Shown here: positions 31,105 to 40,553 of the stretch, piece by piece | Layout of the letters: every line of letters starts with the position of its first letter | Numbering within the stretch: the stretch's first letter is position 1 | Assembly: GCA_963693365.1 (NCBI GenBank) | Contig: CAVNZM010000011.1 | Location: 1,596,989-1,660,988 of the forward strand | Direction of reading: 5' to 3' | DNA from: Amoebidium appalachense | Taxonomy: Eukaryota > Protista > Ichthyosporea | DNA length: 64,000 nucleotides | Notes under the pieces: generated by a model | The model's database searches: none | What the model saw: only the letters and a program-made list of their open reading frames with translations | Told to the model about the DNA's origin: nothing | Made by a program: the position numbers and the translations under genes

Positions 31105-31608
31105 ATGTGTTCCGCTGGACCCAGCAAGCAGGATCCGGGTCTGACGTACAAGGTGTATCGCTGCACGGTGGATGGGTGTGGATATAGCACCAAGCGGAAC
31201 AACAACATGGCCGGACACGTCGACATGCATGCGGGAATCAAGCGGCACGTATGTCCCAAAGAGGGATGCAACAGACGGTACAGGAGTGCGCAGGGCCTGG
31301 AGAGACACTTACAGTCGCACACGGGCGCCTATTTGTATCCGTGCACCGTGCAAGGATGTTCTTACAACGCTACCTGTAGCGTTCATCTGCGCCGCCATAT
31401 GATGAAGCACACTGCCACGCGTCCGTATGCGTGCCCGGTGCAGGGATGCACTCACCGTGCCCGGTGCAAATCCAACCTGGCAGTGCATATCCGACACCAC
31501 TCGGACGCGTACAAGTACAGGTGTTCGCATGCAGGGTGTGGTTATGGTGCCAACAGAAGCGACTTTCTGAAACACCATGAAAGCACACACGCGCCAGAGA
31601 GTGCATAA
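31105..31608 (+). CDS. C2H2 zinc-finger protein (5 fingers)
   Basis: Five C-x4-C-x12-H-x3-H units with HTG/RPY linkers. Confidence 0.92.
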   Translation: MCSAGPSKQDPGLTYKVYRCTVDGCGYSTKRNNNMAGHVDMHAGIKRHVCPKEGCNRRYRSAQGLERHLQSHTGAYLYPCTVQGCSYNATCSVHLRRHMMKHTATRPYACPVQGCTHRARCKSNLAVHIRHHSDAYKYRCSHAGCGYGANRSDFLKHHESTHAPESA

Positions 31609-31648
31609 AAGGGCGAACCGCGAATAAACATCGTCAGTCTCGCACACC

Positions 31649-32534
31649 ATGGCTGCCGAACAGAACTCAAAAGTCGACATGTCGCTTCTTTCCAAAGACT
31701 TCCCGCAGTTCAAGGACGCCATCGTGCGTGTAGACAACGATACCAAGATGGCTAGCGTGCTGGACGTAGCCGGTCTGGTAGTCGGAACTGGCGCTGGGAG
31801 GGAAGCGTGGTCCCAGATGACAAAGTCGACCGACCCGGAGATCGTAGACATTGTCAGCCGCACTGACAAAGTCCGCATCAACGGAAAGGGCAAGCTCACT
31901 CCCGTGGCCCCCTTCAAGGTCCTCCTCGAGATCATCTTCCTGCTGCCCGGCAAGCGCGCTCATGACTTCCGCAAGACCTGCGCCACCTACATCGCGCTCC
32001 TGATGGCCGGAGACCTGTCGCTGATCCCCGAGATCGAGGCGCGCTTCGACAGCAGCACGCCCGAGGAGCGCGACTTCTTCCGCAACGGCACCGACGAGAC
32101 CCCCGAGCGCAAGCGGAAGCGTGAGGACCTGGAGCAGGAGCGCCGGCTGCGCCTGCGGCGCGAGGCCGCGGAGGTGCAGCGCCTCGAGATGGAGAACGTG
32201 CACATGTACCGCGGGCTGCTCGAGGAGTTCGGTCTGGAGCGGGACCCCGCGCATGCGCATGCTGCTCAACGACGCGGTTGCCAACATCCTGGTGCCCGCG
32301 AGCGGTCCTAGGGCGGTGGAGGGGCCCGCGCTGACGGACTACGTAACGGTGGGCAAGTTTCTGCTAGACAACGGGATCAAGGACAAGACCAGCAGCACAG
32401 TGGGCCGCCACGTGGCCAAAAAGTGGCGAGAGGAGGAGGGAGGCGAGCCCGAAGAGACCATGATGATGGTGCAGGGCGACATGCGCCCGGTTAAGGTCTA
32501 CCCGGTTCGCTTCCTGGAGAAGCACGTGCTCTAA
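31649..32534 (+). pseudogene. Bro-N-like DNA-binding protein, frameshift near 32,245
   Basis: SVLDV..GKGKLTPVA..LLPGKRAHDFR..A..AGDLSLI; C-terminus continues in ORF 32,121-32,534. Confidence 0.72.
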
Positions 32535-32537
32535 CAC

Positions 32538-32572
<35 letters not shown>

Positions 32573-32581
32573 GCGCGCGCG
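32538..32581. repeat. (AC)n(GC)n microsatellite inside the viral region
   Basis: Direct reading. Confidence 0.95.
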
Positions 32582-32631
32582 TGGCTTTGAATAAACCCTC
32601 CAGGCCACTCTTAGGTCTTTATTGAACATGT

Positions 32632-33105
32632 CTACTCGCGCGCGTGCACGTGGCAGTGGGTCGTGCCCTTCACCCTGTTCCTGCAGGGCCTGCCACGCTT
32701 GGTCGTGCCCTCGCAGTACTGTATTTCGACGCCCCCAGCCGCTGGTGTCGCGGGCGGCGAGTGTGGGGCGGGGGCGGCCGGGCCCGGGGTGGACGCGGCG
32801 AGCGCGGGCACGCCGGCGCCGGCGGTGGCGGGCTGCTCCTGGACGGCCAGGACGGCCCTGATGCCGGCGAGCAGTATGTTGGCCTGGGCGTAGTCCCGGG
32901 CCTTGCAGGCGTGGTAGATGTTGATGGTGCCGTCGCTGTAGAGGAGCACGCCGGACGCGGGGTGGAAGCACGTCCATGGCTTTGAGTTGCGGTGCGCTGA
33001 ACACTTGCCCCCTGTTTTGTTTGCGCACTGTGCCAACGTCAAGCGCGCAAACGCAGGGCATCTCTCTGCGTCATCCGCATCGGGGCGCCGAAGTGTGTCC
33101 GTCAT
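32632..33105 (-). CDS. Protein with C3H (DUF5763-like) zinc motifs
   Basis: CPAFARLTLAQC..KCSAH and CEGTTKRGRPCRN..HCHVH; TATA and CCAAT/ATTGG boxes upstream. Confidence 0.7.
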   Translation of the reverse strand: MTDTLRRPDADDAERCPAFARLTLAQCANKTGGKCSAHRNSKPWTCFHPASGVLLYSDGTINIYHACKARDYAQANILLAGIRAVLAVQEQPATAGAGVPALAASTPGPAAPAPHSPPATPAAGGVEIQYCEGTTKRGRPCRNRVKGTTHCHVHARE

Positions 33106-33305
33106 TTTGGGGTGTGTTTTGGTGTGCACTGTTGCTGGCAGCTGTGTTGAAATGAAACGGGTGGTGAAGAGGGTGTGCATTTTATACCCCCTCCTATCCA
33201 ATAGAAAGCGCGCAATAGATCCAACAGATCCCGAGATCTTATATCTACCAATCGCCTTGGGCTACCGCAGATCGCGGACCAATCAGATTCGGTCGCGATA
33301 ACCCA

Positions 33306-34136
33306 TCAAAGCGCGTGCCCCACGTCCCCCGCGTTGCTCCAGGGGGTCGCGTTGGACATTGCGGACGTGGGCCCGCTTTCCCACTGGAGCGTGCGGTTGC
33401 GGGCGTAGATGGCGTCGAATACGGCATCGCGCGCCGGCAGCCCCGTAAACTCAAAAATATCGCGGACTTCCCTACAGACCTCCGTGAAAAAATGCTCGAT
33501 CCAGCCCCAGTCTGCGAGCGCGGCGCCGAGGTCTTCGGCGTGCATGCCGCCGGGGCCCATCGGCACAGGCGCCCCGTGTGTGACCCCGGTGCGGTAGGCG
33601 GCCTCGAGCAGGGTGGCGGGCGGGGCGGGGGGCGGGACGCTGACGAGGACCTCGAAAAGGAGCGCCGGCATCACCCAGTAGGGCCTTCGGGAGACCCCGG
33701 GTGGTGCCGAAACAACACCGTCCAGTTCGCGCACGCCGCTTGCATTCCAAAAGATCCAGCCATCCCTGGTTAGTTTGGTGGTGTACAGGAGAGGCCAGTA
33801 CGCGTCGTGGTTGGCCTCGTCTCCGTTGTCTTCGTCGCTATCGTCCACTTCGACGGCGTCGTCGGGTTTGAGGTCGAGTTCAAAGCAGAACGGGCTGATG
33901 GTTTTGTCGTAAGCAGGGTGGCTGTCGTCGTACTCGAAGTTGACGTTGCACCGCCTGCGTTCTATTTGCCGTACAACGATGCTCTTGACACTGGTTGTGC
34001 GCGTGGTTGACCTTGTAGGAACGGCCATTCGGGTGTCCTTGAAATCCCAGTCCGCACTTTCTATGAACCCCATCAGCTCGTCCTCTGTGGTGATGCGCAC
34101 CACATCCCAGCGCTCGGTCATAAGACTGTCGTGCAT
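33306..34136 (-). CDS. Hypothetical protein, paralog of 42,143-43,015
   Basis: Shared RITTEDEL, TKLTRDGWIFWN, PYWVMPALLFE and TPWSNAGDVGHAL blocks. Confidence 0.8.
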   Translation of the reverse strand: MHDSLMTERWDVVRITTEDELMGFIESADWDFKDTRMAVPTRSTTRTTSVKSIVVRQIERRRCNVNFEYDDSHPAYDKTISPFCFELDLKPDDAVEVDDSDEDNGDEANHDAYWPLLYTTKLTRDGWIFWNASGVRELDGVVSAPPGVSRRPYWVMPALLFEVLVSVPPPAPPATLLEAAYRTGVTHGAPVPMGPGGMHAEDLGAALADWGWIEHFFTEVCREVRDIFEFTGLPARDAVFDAIYARNRTLQWESGPTSAMSNATPWSNAGDVGHAL

Positions 34137-34283
34137 AATAGATGGCCAGGGACCGGGCCGTGTTCACAGACCCACCAAGCTGTCACCATCACACTTCCCA
34201 AAGCAAACATAACGGAAAAACGAGGGACCGTTCTCACTTCGCGGACTTACAGAGCACTGGGCACATAGATACAGGCACAGTTG

Positions 34284-34380
34284 AACCTACCATCCTTTCC
34301 TAAACTTGCCAACACGAGCACGGGTCATGAAAGGAGCTAGGCTAGTGGCATGGTCATGCAAGGTTACAAGAACCTTGGCC
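34284..34380. repeat. 97-bp dispersed structured element, copy B
   Basis: 89/97 identity to 18,689-18,785; last 41 nt identical. Confidence 0.85.
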
Positions 34381-34890
34381 TATACCGGCAGAGGCCCATG
34401 GTTGCCCACGGGCCGCATACAAGTGCACGTGGTTCCATGGGCTTGGTTGTCGCCTCATTCACCAAAATATTTGGCTTGGTAGGAAGGAGCCTATTTCTAC
34501 ACAAAGACCGCACCTTTCCGCCAATAGAGACCATCGGGGTCTTATAATCATATGCAATGACCATGGCTAGACGACGGAAGACACACACCGAGCGCCAACG
34601 GCACAGACGCCCAGGCCCAAAACAAAAGCGAAAAAAGCGCCATAAAAAAGCGAGACACAGACAGAGACCAAGAAGAGACACACAAAACGGACAACGGTAC
34701 AGGACGGCATGGAGGACCAGATATTATATTTGGTACCCACACAAAGTAACAGACACACACAGACAGGCACGGTCATTTTCGACGAACACACAACCGATCT
34801 TAAAACCAAACGAACCCCAGAAAAGGTGTGGTTTCAATGTGGGGCCCGGTGAGGTAGGTGTTCCTTGTGCAAACATCCACGACGTAGAAG

Positions 34891-35040
34891 ATCCCGAATT
34901 TTGAGTCGCCGTTTTGAATGATTGGGCGTAAGGTGAGCTTTCGCCGTTATGATTGGGCGTAAGATGAGACACTGCCTAATTTTGAGTCGCCGTTTTGAAT
35001 CATCCCGAATTTTGAGTCGCCGTTGTTGATTGGGCGCAAA
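34891..35040. repeat. Short repeat cluster (AATTTTGAGTCGCCGTT x3; GATTGGGCG x3)
   Basis: Direct reading. Confidence 0.8.
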
Positions 35041-35326
35041 TCATTATCAAATTTGATGCGAATTGAAGATGTAAACACTACAATCCAATTCGTCGTTTTT
35101 TTTCATTGGTTCCTGATAAAGTGAGCTCATACCACACACTAGGAATTCATGCGGATGGAGAGCAGCGATTGGTTACATCAGCACACATAACGCCATCATA
35201 CACCAATCGTTTGCATTTGCTTATACGCATCTGAATCAAATGGTATAAAGAGGAACGACGCATACCCAATGCTTCATTATTCATCCATTCGACTACCAGA
35301 ATACGTTTCTAGTTTTGCGAATCACG

Positions 35327-35875
35327 ATGTCGAACTCCGGTTTCCGGAGTTTCTATGGTCTGCCCGCCACGCTTCCTGCGGAGCACAGAACAAGCTACAT
35401 CAAGTGTATCACAGACGAAGTAAAGTCTTATTATGGGTCGTTCGACGACAACCCGGACTTGGTTGTCGTGTCGTCGGCCATCGACGGGGCGGATGTCGAT
35501 ATGCTGAATAGCCATGCCGCTTTCTGCAAGGAGTGTGTCCAAGCCCTGATATCAGAGGTAGACTTCAGTCTACTGCGTCCAATGCGACACGTCCTGATGA
35601 GATTTTTATTGCGGAAGGAGGACGCCTCGCTTGTGTCACAACTCGCCCGACTTGTCTCGGTTGTCTCCGTGGTGGGTCTTATCACGGTTCCATACATGCA
35701 AGACGCCAATCACGCCATCTTCCAAATCGCCGACAAGTGTTGTACTTTGAATACCCCGAAGGTGCGCACAATCGCGGAATTGGCGAGACTCCCTCACGAC
35801 GAACCCACACACGAGACAAAAAAACACACCGCTAACACTCCGACCACCCCACATCCCACTACCATCACCGCTTGA
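35327..35875 (+). CDS. Hypothetical protein
   Basis: ORF from MSNSGF; CCAAT/ATTGG and TATAAA (~35,243) upstream. Confidence 0.6.
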   Translation: MSNSGFRSFYGLPATLPAEHRTSYIKCITDEVKSYYGSFDDNPDLVVVSSAIDGADVDMLNSHAAFCKECVQALISEVDFSLLRPMRHVLMRFLLRKEDASLVSQLARLVSVVSVVGLITVPYMQDANHAIFQIADKCCTLNTPKVRTIAELARLPHDEPTHETKKHTANTPTTPHPTTITA

Positions 35876-36449
35876 CAGAGATCAAGGCACAGCCCACATA
35901 CGTCTGGTGAACGCAATCGACGAGTTTGGAGGTCACCCACTTCATCTGCATATAGCATTCCCGCCGCCCTTTACAGACGCTCACATTGCGGGGGACGTGG
36001 ATTGCACCCCATCGCCCCGAATTGGCCGTATCACCAGCACCCCTTATTGCACTTGGAGTGCCTAGTTGGATGTCACTCGTATGCATGCGTCTATTAACCA
36101 TTATGAGAAAGCGGAAGTAGTAGTCTTCCCCTTGGGGAACATTGTTTTGGGTTTTGATGTTAGATTTCTTTCCGGGTTTGACTGTGTAGGTTTCGCCGGT
36201 TGTTTTGCGCGTCCGACATGGCTCGGACTTGGCATATTCAAGGTTGGACGATTGGAGTAGGTACATGGGTATGTCTTGACCGTATGATTGGGGGTTCTTT
36301 GCCATCGCCCGCATCTCGCGTGGCAACAATTCAATAAAGCTTGCTGGGCAAGGCATCTGCGGCGGCCACAACATGGCTGCATGTCCGTGAACAGAGTATA
36401 CCCAGAGCGATCCACATGCGTGTACGCACACCCCCTGCTTGTGGCACAA
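35865..36449 (-). CDS. Hypothetical protein
   Basis: 194-aa ORF; true start uncertain. Confidence 0.4.
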   Translation of the reverse strand: MCHKQGVCVHACGSLWVYSVHGHAAMLWPPQMPCPASFIELLPREMRAMAKNPQSYGQDIPMYLLQSSNLEYAKSEPCRTRKTTGETYTVKPGKKSNIKTQNNVPQGEDYYFRFLIMVNRRMHTSDIQLGTPSAIRGAGDTANSGRWGAIHVPRNVSVCKGRRECYMQMKWVTSKLVDCVHQTYVGCALISVKR

Positions 36450-36585
36450 TAAAATGCCCAGGTCTTGTTAGCCCCCACACGATATGCACATCCTTCATTC
36501 AGGTCGATACGTTAGCAAGCAACTGGCTCTGCTGAGCGAACCAACTGATTGGCCGCCCGATCTGGCAGACACCCAACAGACTGGC

Positions 36586-37080
36586 ATGGCACTGCCATGG
36601 CAGAGGGATGACCCATACGTGTGCACCCGCGTTGGGGATCTGCGTATGTATTGGAAGGCTTTGCCGGATCACAACGTCGTCACGTTCACCGACGACAGGG
36701 CCGATGCCTCAGAATTTGTCTTCATACATTCACAGACCGGAGCCACGACCGCCGCGAAACACACACTACCGAGGCCAAGCCTCGCTAACGTAAGAATCAA
36801 CACGCGTACACCTAACCACACAAATTGGTCACCCGCTTCGCTACCCACTGCCCGTATCGAACTGGGAGTGGCCGCTTCGCTTGGCTTGGGCGGTTTACCA
36901 ATCTTCCCGATGCCCTCGTGGTTTGTCTACACGGACGACCTCGGCGTCCAATATGGATTTCGGGGTGTCAATGTTGCGATATGCATCGCGCGGTTCTGGC
37001 GCTTCAGGCTCTGTCTTGACATGTTCCCGTTCCCTGCCATAACGTTGTTTCTTGCCGTCTTGGACCTCCGCGGCGCCTAG
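36586..37080 (+). CDS. Hypothetical protein
   Basis: ORF from MALPWQRDD. Confidence 0.5.
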   Translation: MALPWQRDDPYVCTRVGDLRMYWKALPDHNVVTFTDDRADASEFVFIHSQTGATTAAKHTLPRPSLANVRINTRTPNHTNWSPASLPTARIELGVAASLGLGGLPIFPMPSWFVYTDDLGVQYGFRGVNVAICIARFWRFRLCLDMFPFPAITLFLAVLDLRGA

Positions 37081-37087
37081 AATTGTA

Positions 37088-37460
37088 TATGCTACAAGTA
37101 ATGCTCAACAACCTCTACGCCGTCTTCGCCCTTGCCGTCGGGTCGTTCGCTGCTCCACAGTGCATATACCAAAGCACCGGCCCCGCGTCCAGTCTCGCAG
37201 CCACCGAGGCCGTCGCTGAAACCGCACCTGCGGTCTGGCCCCCCGGCATCCCCGCGCCGACAGACGATGAGGTCCCACTCGACTTCCCCGCCAGTGGCTC
37301 CGGGTCACAGATTTCCTCCGATGATGACGTCACCCCGTCCCCAGCCACCCCCACCACTACCCCCGAGACTTTGGTGTGGCCACCCAGCATCATGACGCCC
37401 GCACCTTCTGCCCCGGGACCCAAGGCCCGTTGGCAGTGCAACTGCACAGTCATGGACTGA
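37088..37460 (+). CDS. Small secreted Pro/Thr-rich protein
   Basis: Signal-like LYAVFALAVGSFA; repeated VWPP motif. Confidence 0.55.
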
Positions 37461-37485
37461 GCTTTTATGCTCACCCACCTGTAGG

Positions 37486-38844
37486 ATGTCGAAGGCGCGC
37501 TCCCGTATTCTCGACGACATGGCTTCACACATCGACTTCTCCGCCGCCATGGCACGACGGGCCTTTCCCCACGGACCCGCACTTCCAACCCCGTCCCGCA
37601 CATCAGTGGTAGGCGATGCCTCCGCTCGGAGCTCACCCGCCCCGACCCAAGCGTCCCAGGCTCCCTGGCGATACCACTTTGTCAGCGGCGACACACATGG
37701 TGGCCCGCTGAAGATAGAGTTCTCCGCTCCCCGCTCGGTCCACGGTGTTCGCGTCGAGGGCGCACGGGTGCATTCCGTGTACGACGTGTCAGAGGGCTCC
37801 AACAGATTGGTGCTGGGGCTGTCGTTCCTCGACTCGCCAGATGGCCGCCACCCGGGCTCGTGGACACGTTCGACTGCAGACATCTACCTGCCGGTCGGGC
37901 ACTATACAATCGGCGCCCTGTGCGCTGAATTGGAGGCCCGTCTAGATCAGGCCATCGCCGATTGCTACAAGCCCTCGTATAACATCGATGACATCGCAGA
38001 CCTCCTCGACGTGTTCCCGGATGCAGTCCCGTACTACGCAAAGGTCACACACACGGCCGTCATCAAGGCCGCCGCCGAGCGCAATGGCGAGGCATGGACC
38101 CGCCAAGAAGACTTCCTCGCAAAGGACAGGTGGGCGCCGCGCACTTCGGGCCCCGCCGATCACCTGGCCCACGAGGTGCTGCAGCTGGCGCAGATACACT
38201 ATCGGGAGAACCCTTGGGCATGGCGAGAGCTGGCAAACGAGCGTGACCCCCACAACCGCTTCAAGTGGCCGTTCCACCACACGCTCTACTCGTTTATGTC
38301 CCCGTCGCAGCTGGCGATTCCCGATCGCCTGGTCATCAGCATCCACCACCACAAGACACTCACACCCGACGTCGTCAAGCACTGGGCCCCATATGCAACT
38401 GTCCCTACGTTCACCCTCGATGTCCCACGCGGCCTTGCGCGCGTCCTGGGTTTCGAGGTCGGCGGCCACGTCAGTCACAGCCTCACCAGCGGGTTGCCCC
38501 CGCTTGCAAGGTACTTCGACGGCCGCGACCACGCCCCCGTGGCCGAAGGCGACCAACAGCTTCCCTGCGCCGCAGACAACATCCAGTGCATCGTCGGGTC
38601 CACGCCTCCCCTGGCGCCTCGGGGCGCGCTGCTGGTCACGGTCATGCACGGCGAGACAAGCCTGCAGGGCCGCATCGTGTCCGCGGGTGTCCACGGCGCC
38701 GCCTGCGGCATCAGCGAAGACCTACAGGCGTCGCCGCAGCTCGCCACGTCGCTCGAGCACGTCGAGGGGCTGCGCGTGGCCGTCGTGGATGAGATGGGGT
38801 ACAGGGTCGGCGGTCACTTCACCGTCCTAGTTGGGATCAAATAG
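37486..38844 (+). CDS. Penton/minor capsid-like protein (single jelly roll with insertion)
   Basis: IEF..PRSVHGVRVEGARV..YDV..SNRL..IYLPVGHYT..L..ELE..L; LARVLGF; LRVAVVDEMG..FTVLV matches the NCLDV/PLV penton pattern. Confidence 0.65.
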   Translation: MSKARSRILDDMASHIDFSAAMARRAFPHGPALPTPSRTSVVGDASARSSPAPTQASQAPWRYHFVSGDTHGGPLKIEFSAPRSVHGVRVEGARVHSVYDVSEGSNRLVLGLSFLDSPDGRHPGSWTRSTADIYLPVGHYTIGALCAELEARLDQAIADCYKPSYNIDDIADLLDVFPDAVPYYAKVTHTAVIKAAAERNGEAWTRQEDFLAKDRWAPRTSGPADHLAHEVLQLAQIHYRENPWAWRELANERDPHNRFKWPFHHTLYSFMSPSQLAIPDRLVISIHHHKTLTPDVVKHWAPYATVPTFTLDVPRGLARVLGFEVGGHVSHSLTSGLPPLARYFDGRDHAPVAEGDQQLPCAADNIQCIVGSTPPLAPRGALLVTVMHGETSLQGRIVSAGVHGAACGISEDLQASPQLATSLEHVEGLRVAVVDEMGYRVGGHFTVLVGIK

Positions 38845-38890
38845 CCGCTCGCGGTCTTGGGGTTGGACGTAATGCTGGTGTCTCACAGTG

Positions 38891-39298
38891 ATGTATCTGG
38901 TACTGGTTGTGTGTGTCCTATGCGCGCTGACGTTTGCTGCAATCGCGGCTCGGCACCAGGCGGCGTCGGTGTGGCGGTCGGTGCGTGCGGCCATGGAAGG
39001 TCGTCCACTGCCCGACCCTGGACCCTACGCGGGCTGCGACGCAATCGCGTGCGGACAGGCGCTGTACGACAAGTACCTCGCCGAGGGCTTCGACGCTGAC
39101 AGCGAGACCGTTCCGGACTGCCGCAGCTGTCCCCGGGTCCACATATCGAAGAACAACGGACTCCGCTACTGGGACGTCAACAAGGGCGAGTGGTTCTCAC
39201 AGACGCTTCCATATCAGGCCTTCGCCGCGAACTTGCGTGGCAGGTGCGCCTGGACTGCCCGCGTGGCATCCGCGCTGCGCCGCGAGCCGCTCAAATAA
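38891..39298 (+). CDS. Small membrane-anchored Cys-containing protein
   Basis: Hydrophobic N-terminus; AATAAA at the stop. Confidence 0.65.
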   Translation: MYLVLVVCVLCALTFAAIAARHQAASVWRSVRAAMEGRPLPDPGPYAGCDAIACGQALYDKYLAEGFDADSETVPDCRSCPRVHISKNNGLRYWDVNKGEWFSQTLPYQAFAANLRGRCAWTARVASALRREPLK

Positions 39299-39344
39299 AG
39301 CTTGCCAAACAGGACCGTGTGCGATTTTCATGTGGGTCTACCAA

Positions 39345-40382
39345 ATGGACTTGCCCCCGTCACAGGTTTTCCCCCGCCGCCCCAGCGTGTCTACGTGGGT
39401 GTGGTGCCTGTGTGCCCTGTTCGTCCTCCTCGTCGTGTACGACGTCAACCGGCCCCGCTTTTACCGCTACATCACCACCCTCAAGTGCAGGCGCCCCTGC
39501 GGCATATGCAACAGCTGTCCGGTCTGCCCCCCCGAAAAGAAGTGCCCGGATTGCCCCACCTGTCCGACGTGCCCCACCCTGGCCCCCACAAAGTGCCCCA
39601 CGTGCCCGACCTGCCCGACCTGCCCCCCCAAGGAGAAGTGCCCCGACTGTCCCTCCTGCCCCAACGCCCCCACCGCTGTCGTGAAGAAGGAGGAGCCACC
39701 AGCCAGTAGCATGGTGGGAAGCGGCAAAAAGATCGTGGGGTCCAGCACATCCTATGAGGCGATCGTGTCGCCCGACGGTCGGTACAAACTGGTGCAGGAG
39801 AGAGATGGGAACACCATAGTCGCCGAACGCGGCAGCAACAAGGTCCTCTGGGCACACAACAAGACCAACAACGGTACCGCGCCCTACTCTCTCGTCATGC
39901 AGGAGGACAACAATCTGGTGGTGTACGACGCAAAGGGTGCGGTCATATGGGCGTCGAACACCTACCGCAAGGGGAAGCTGGGCACGGCGATCCTGACAAT
40001 CGAGAACGACGGTGTCGCCTACGTGCGCGACGCCGACGGAACTGTGCTCTGGCAGTCGGGCCGGCCGGTGTCCGGACCCAATTAGGTGCAGCGATTGGAT
40101 GACGGGCACGCCGGAAGGGATATTCGGTCGATGAAGGGGTCGGTGGACGAAGTGAAGACTGCGTGCGTCGCAGAACCGAAATGCAAGTCTTTCTACTGCT
40201 CGACCAAGGATAATGTTGGATGGCTCAAGACGGTCGGCGAAGCCGACTCAAAATTAGCTTCGTATCCGGGCAACAGCACATGGTTCCTCACGCGTTGGTT
40301 TGGGTTGTATTGGACGCTCTGGAGAACGTACGTACGTGCACCGTGCTCTGGAAGTCCGCACGATCTTCGGGCTCGGGTATGA
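39345..40382 (+). CDS. Membrane protein: TM + CPxC repeats + bulb-type mannose-binding lectin, then PAN/apple-like domain after an in-frame TAG (40,083-40,085)
   Basis: LVMQEDNNLVVY..WASNT carries the QxDxNxVxY motif; same-frame continuation G.DI..C..C.SF..WLK. Confidence 0.8.
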
Positions 40383-40553
40383 TGACGTAACGACACCTCC
40401 CGATTGGGTGGGTGCTCGTGGACGTCCTTGATTGGATGGGCGCTCTTGGGCGGAAATCGCCATTGGGCGATGACGTCATCGTATCCCAAGCGGCAACGGC
40501 CATTAAAATGGCTCCAAGAATCGCACCGGGCAAACACGGGAACCGACACAAGA

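Noticed and set aside
34330-34420. tRNA gene in the repeated element
   Set aside because: A-box-like and D-arm-like part only; no T-arm/B-box (GTTCRA) and no acceptor stem.
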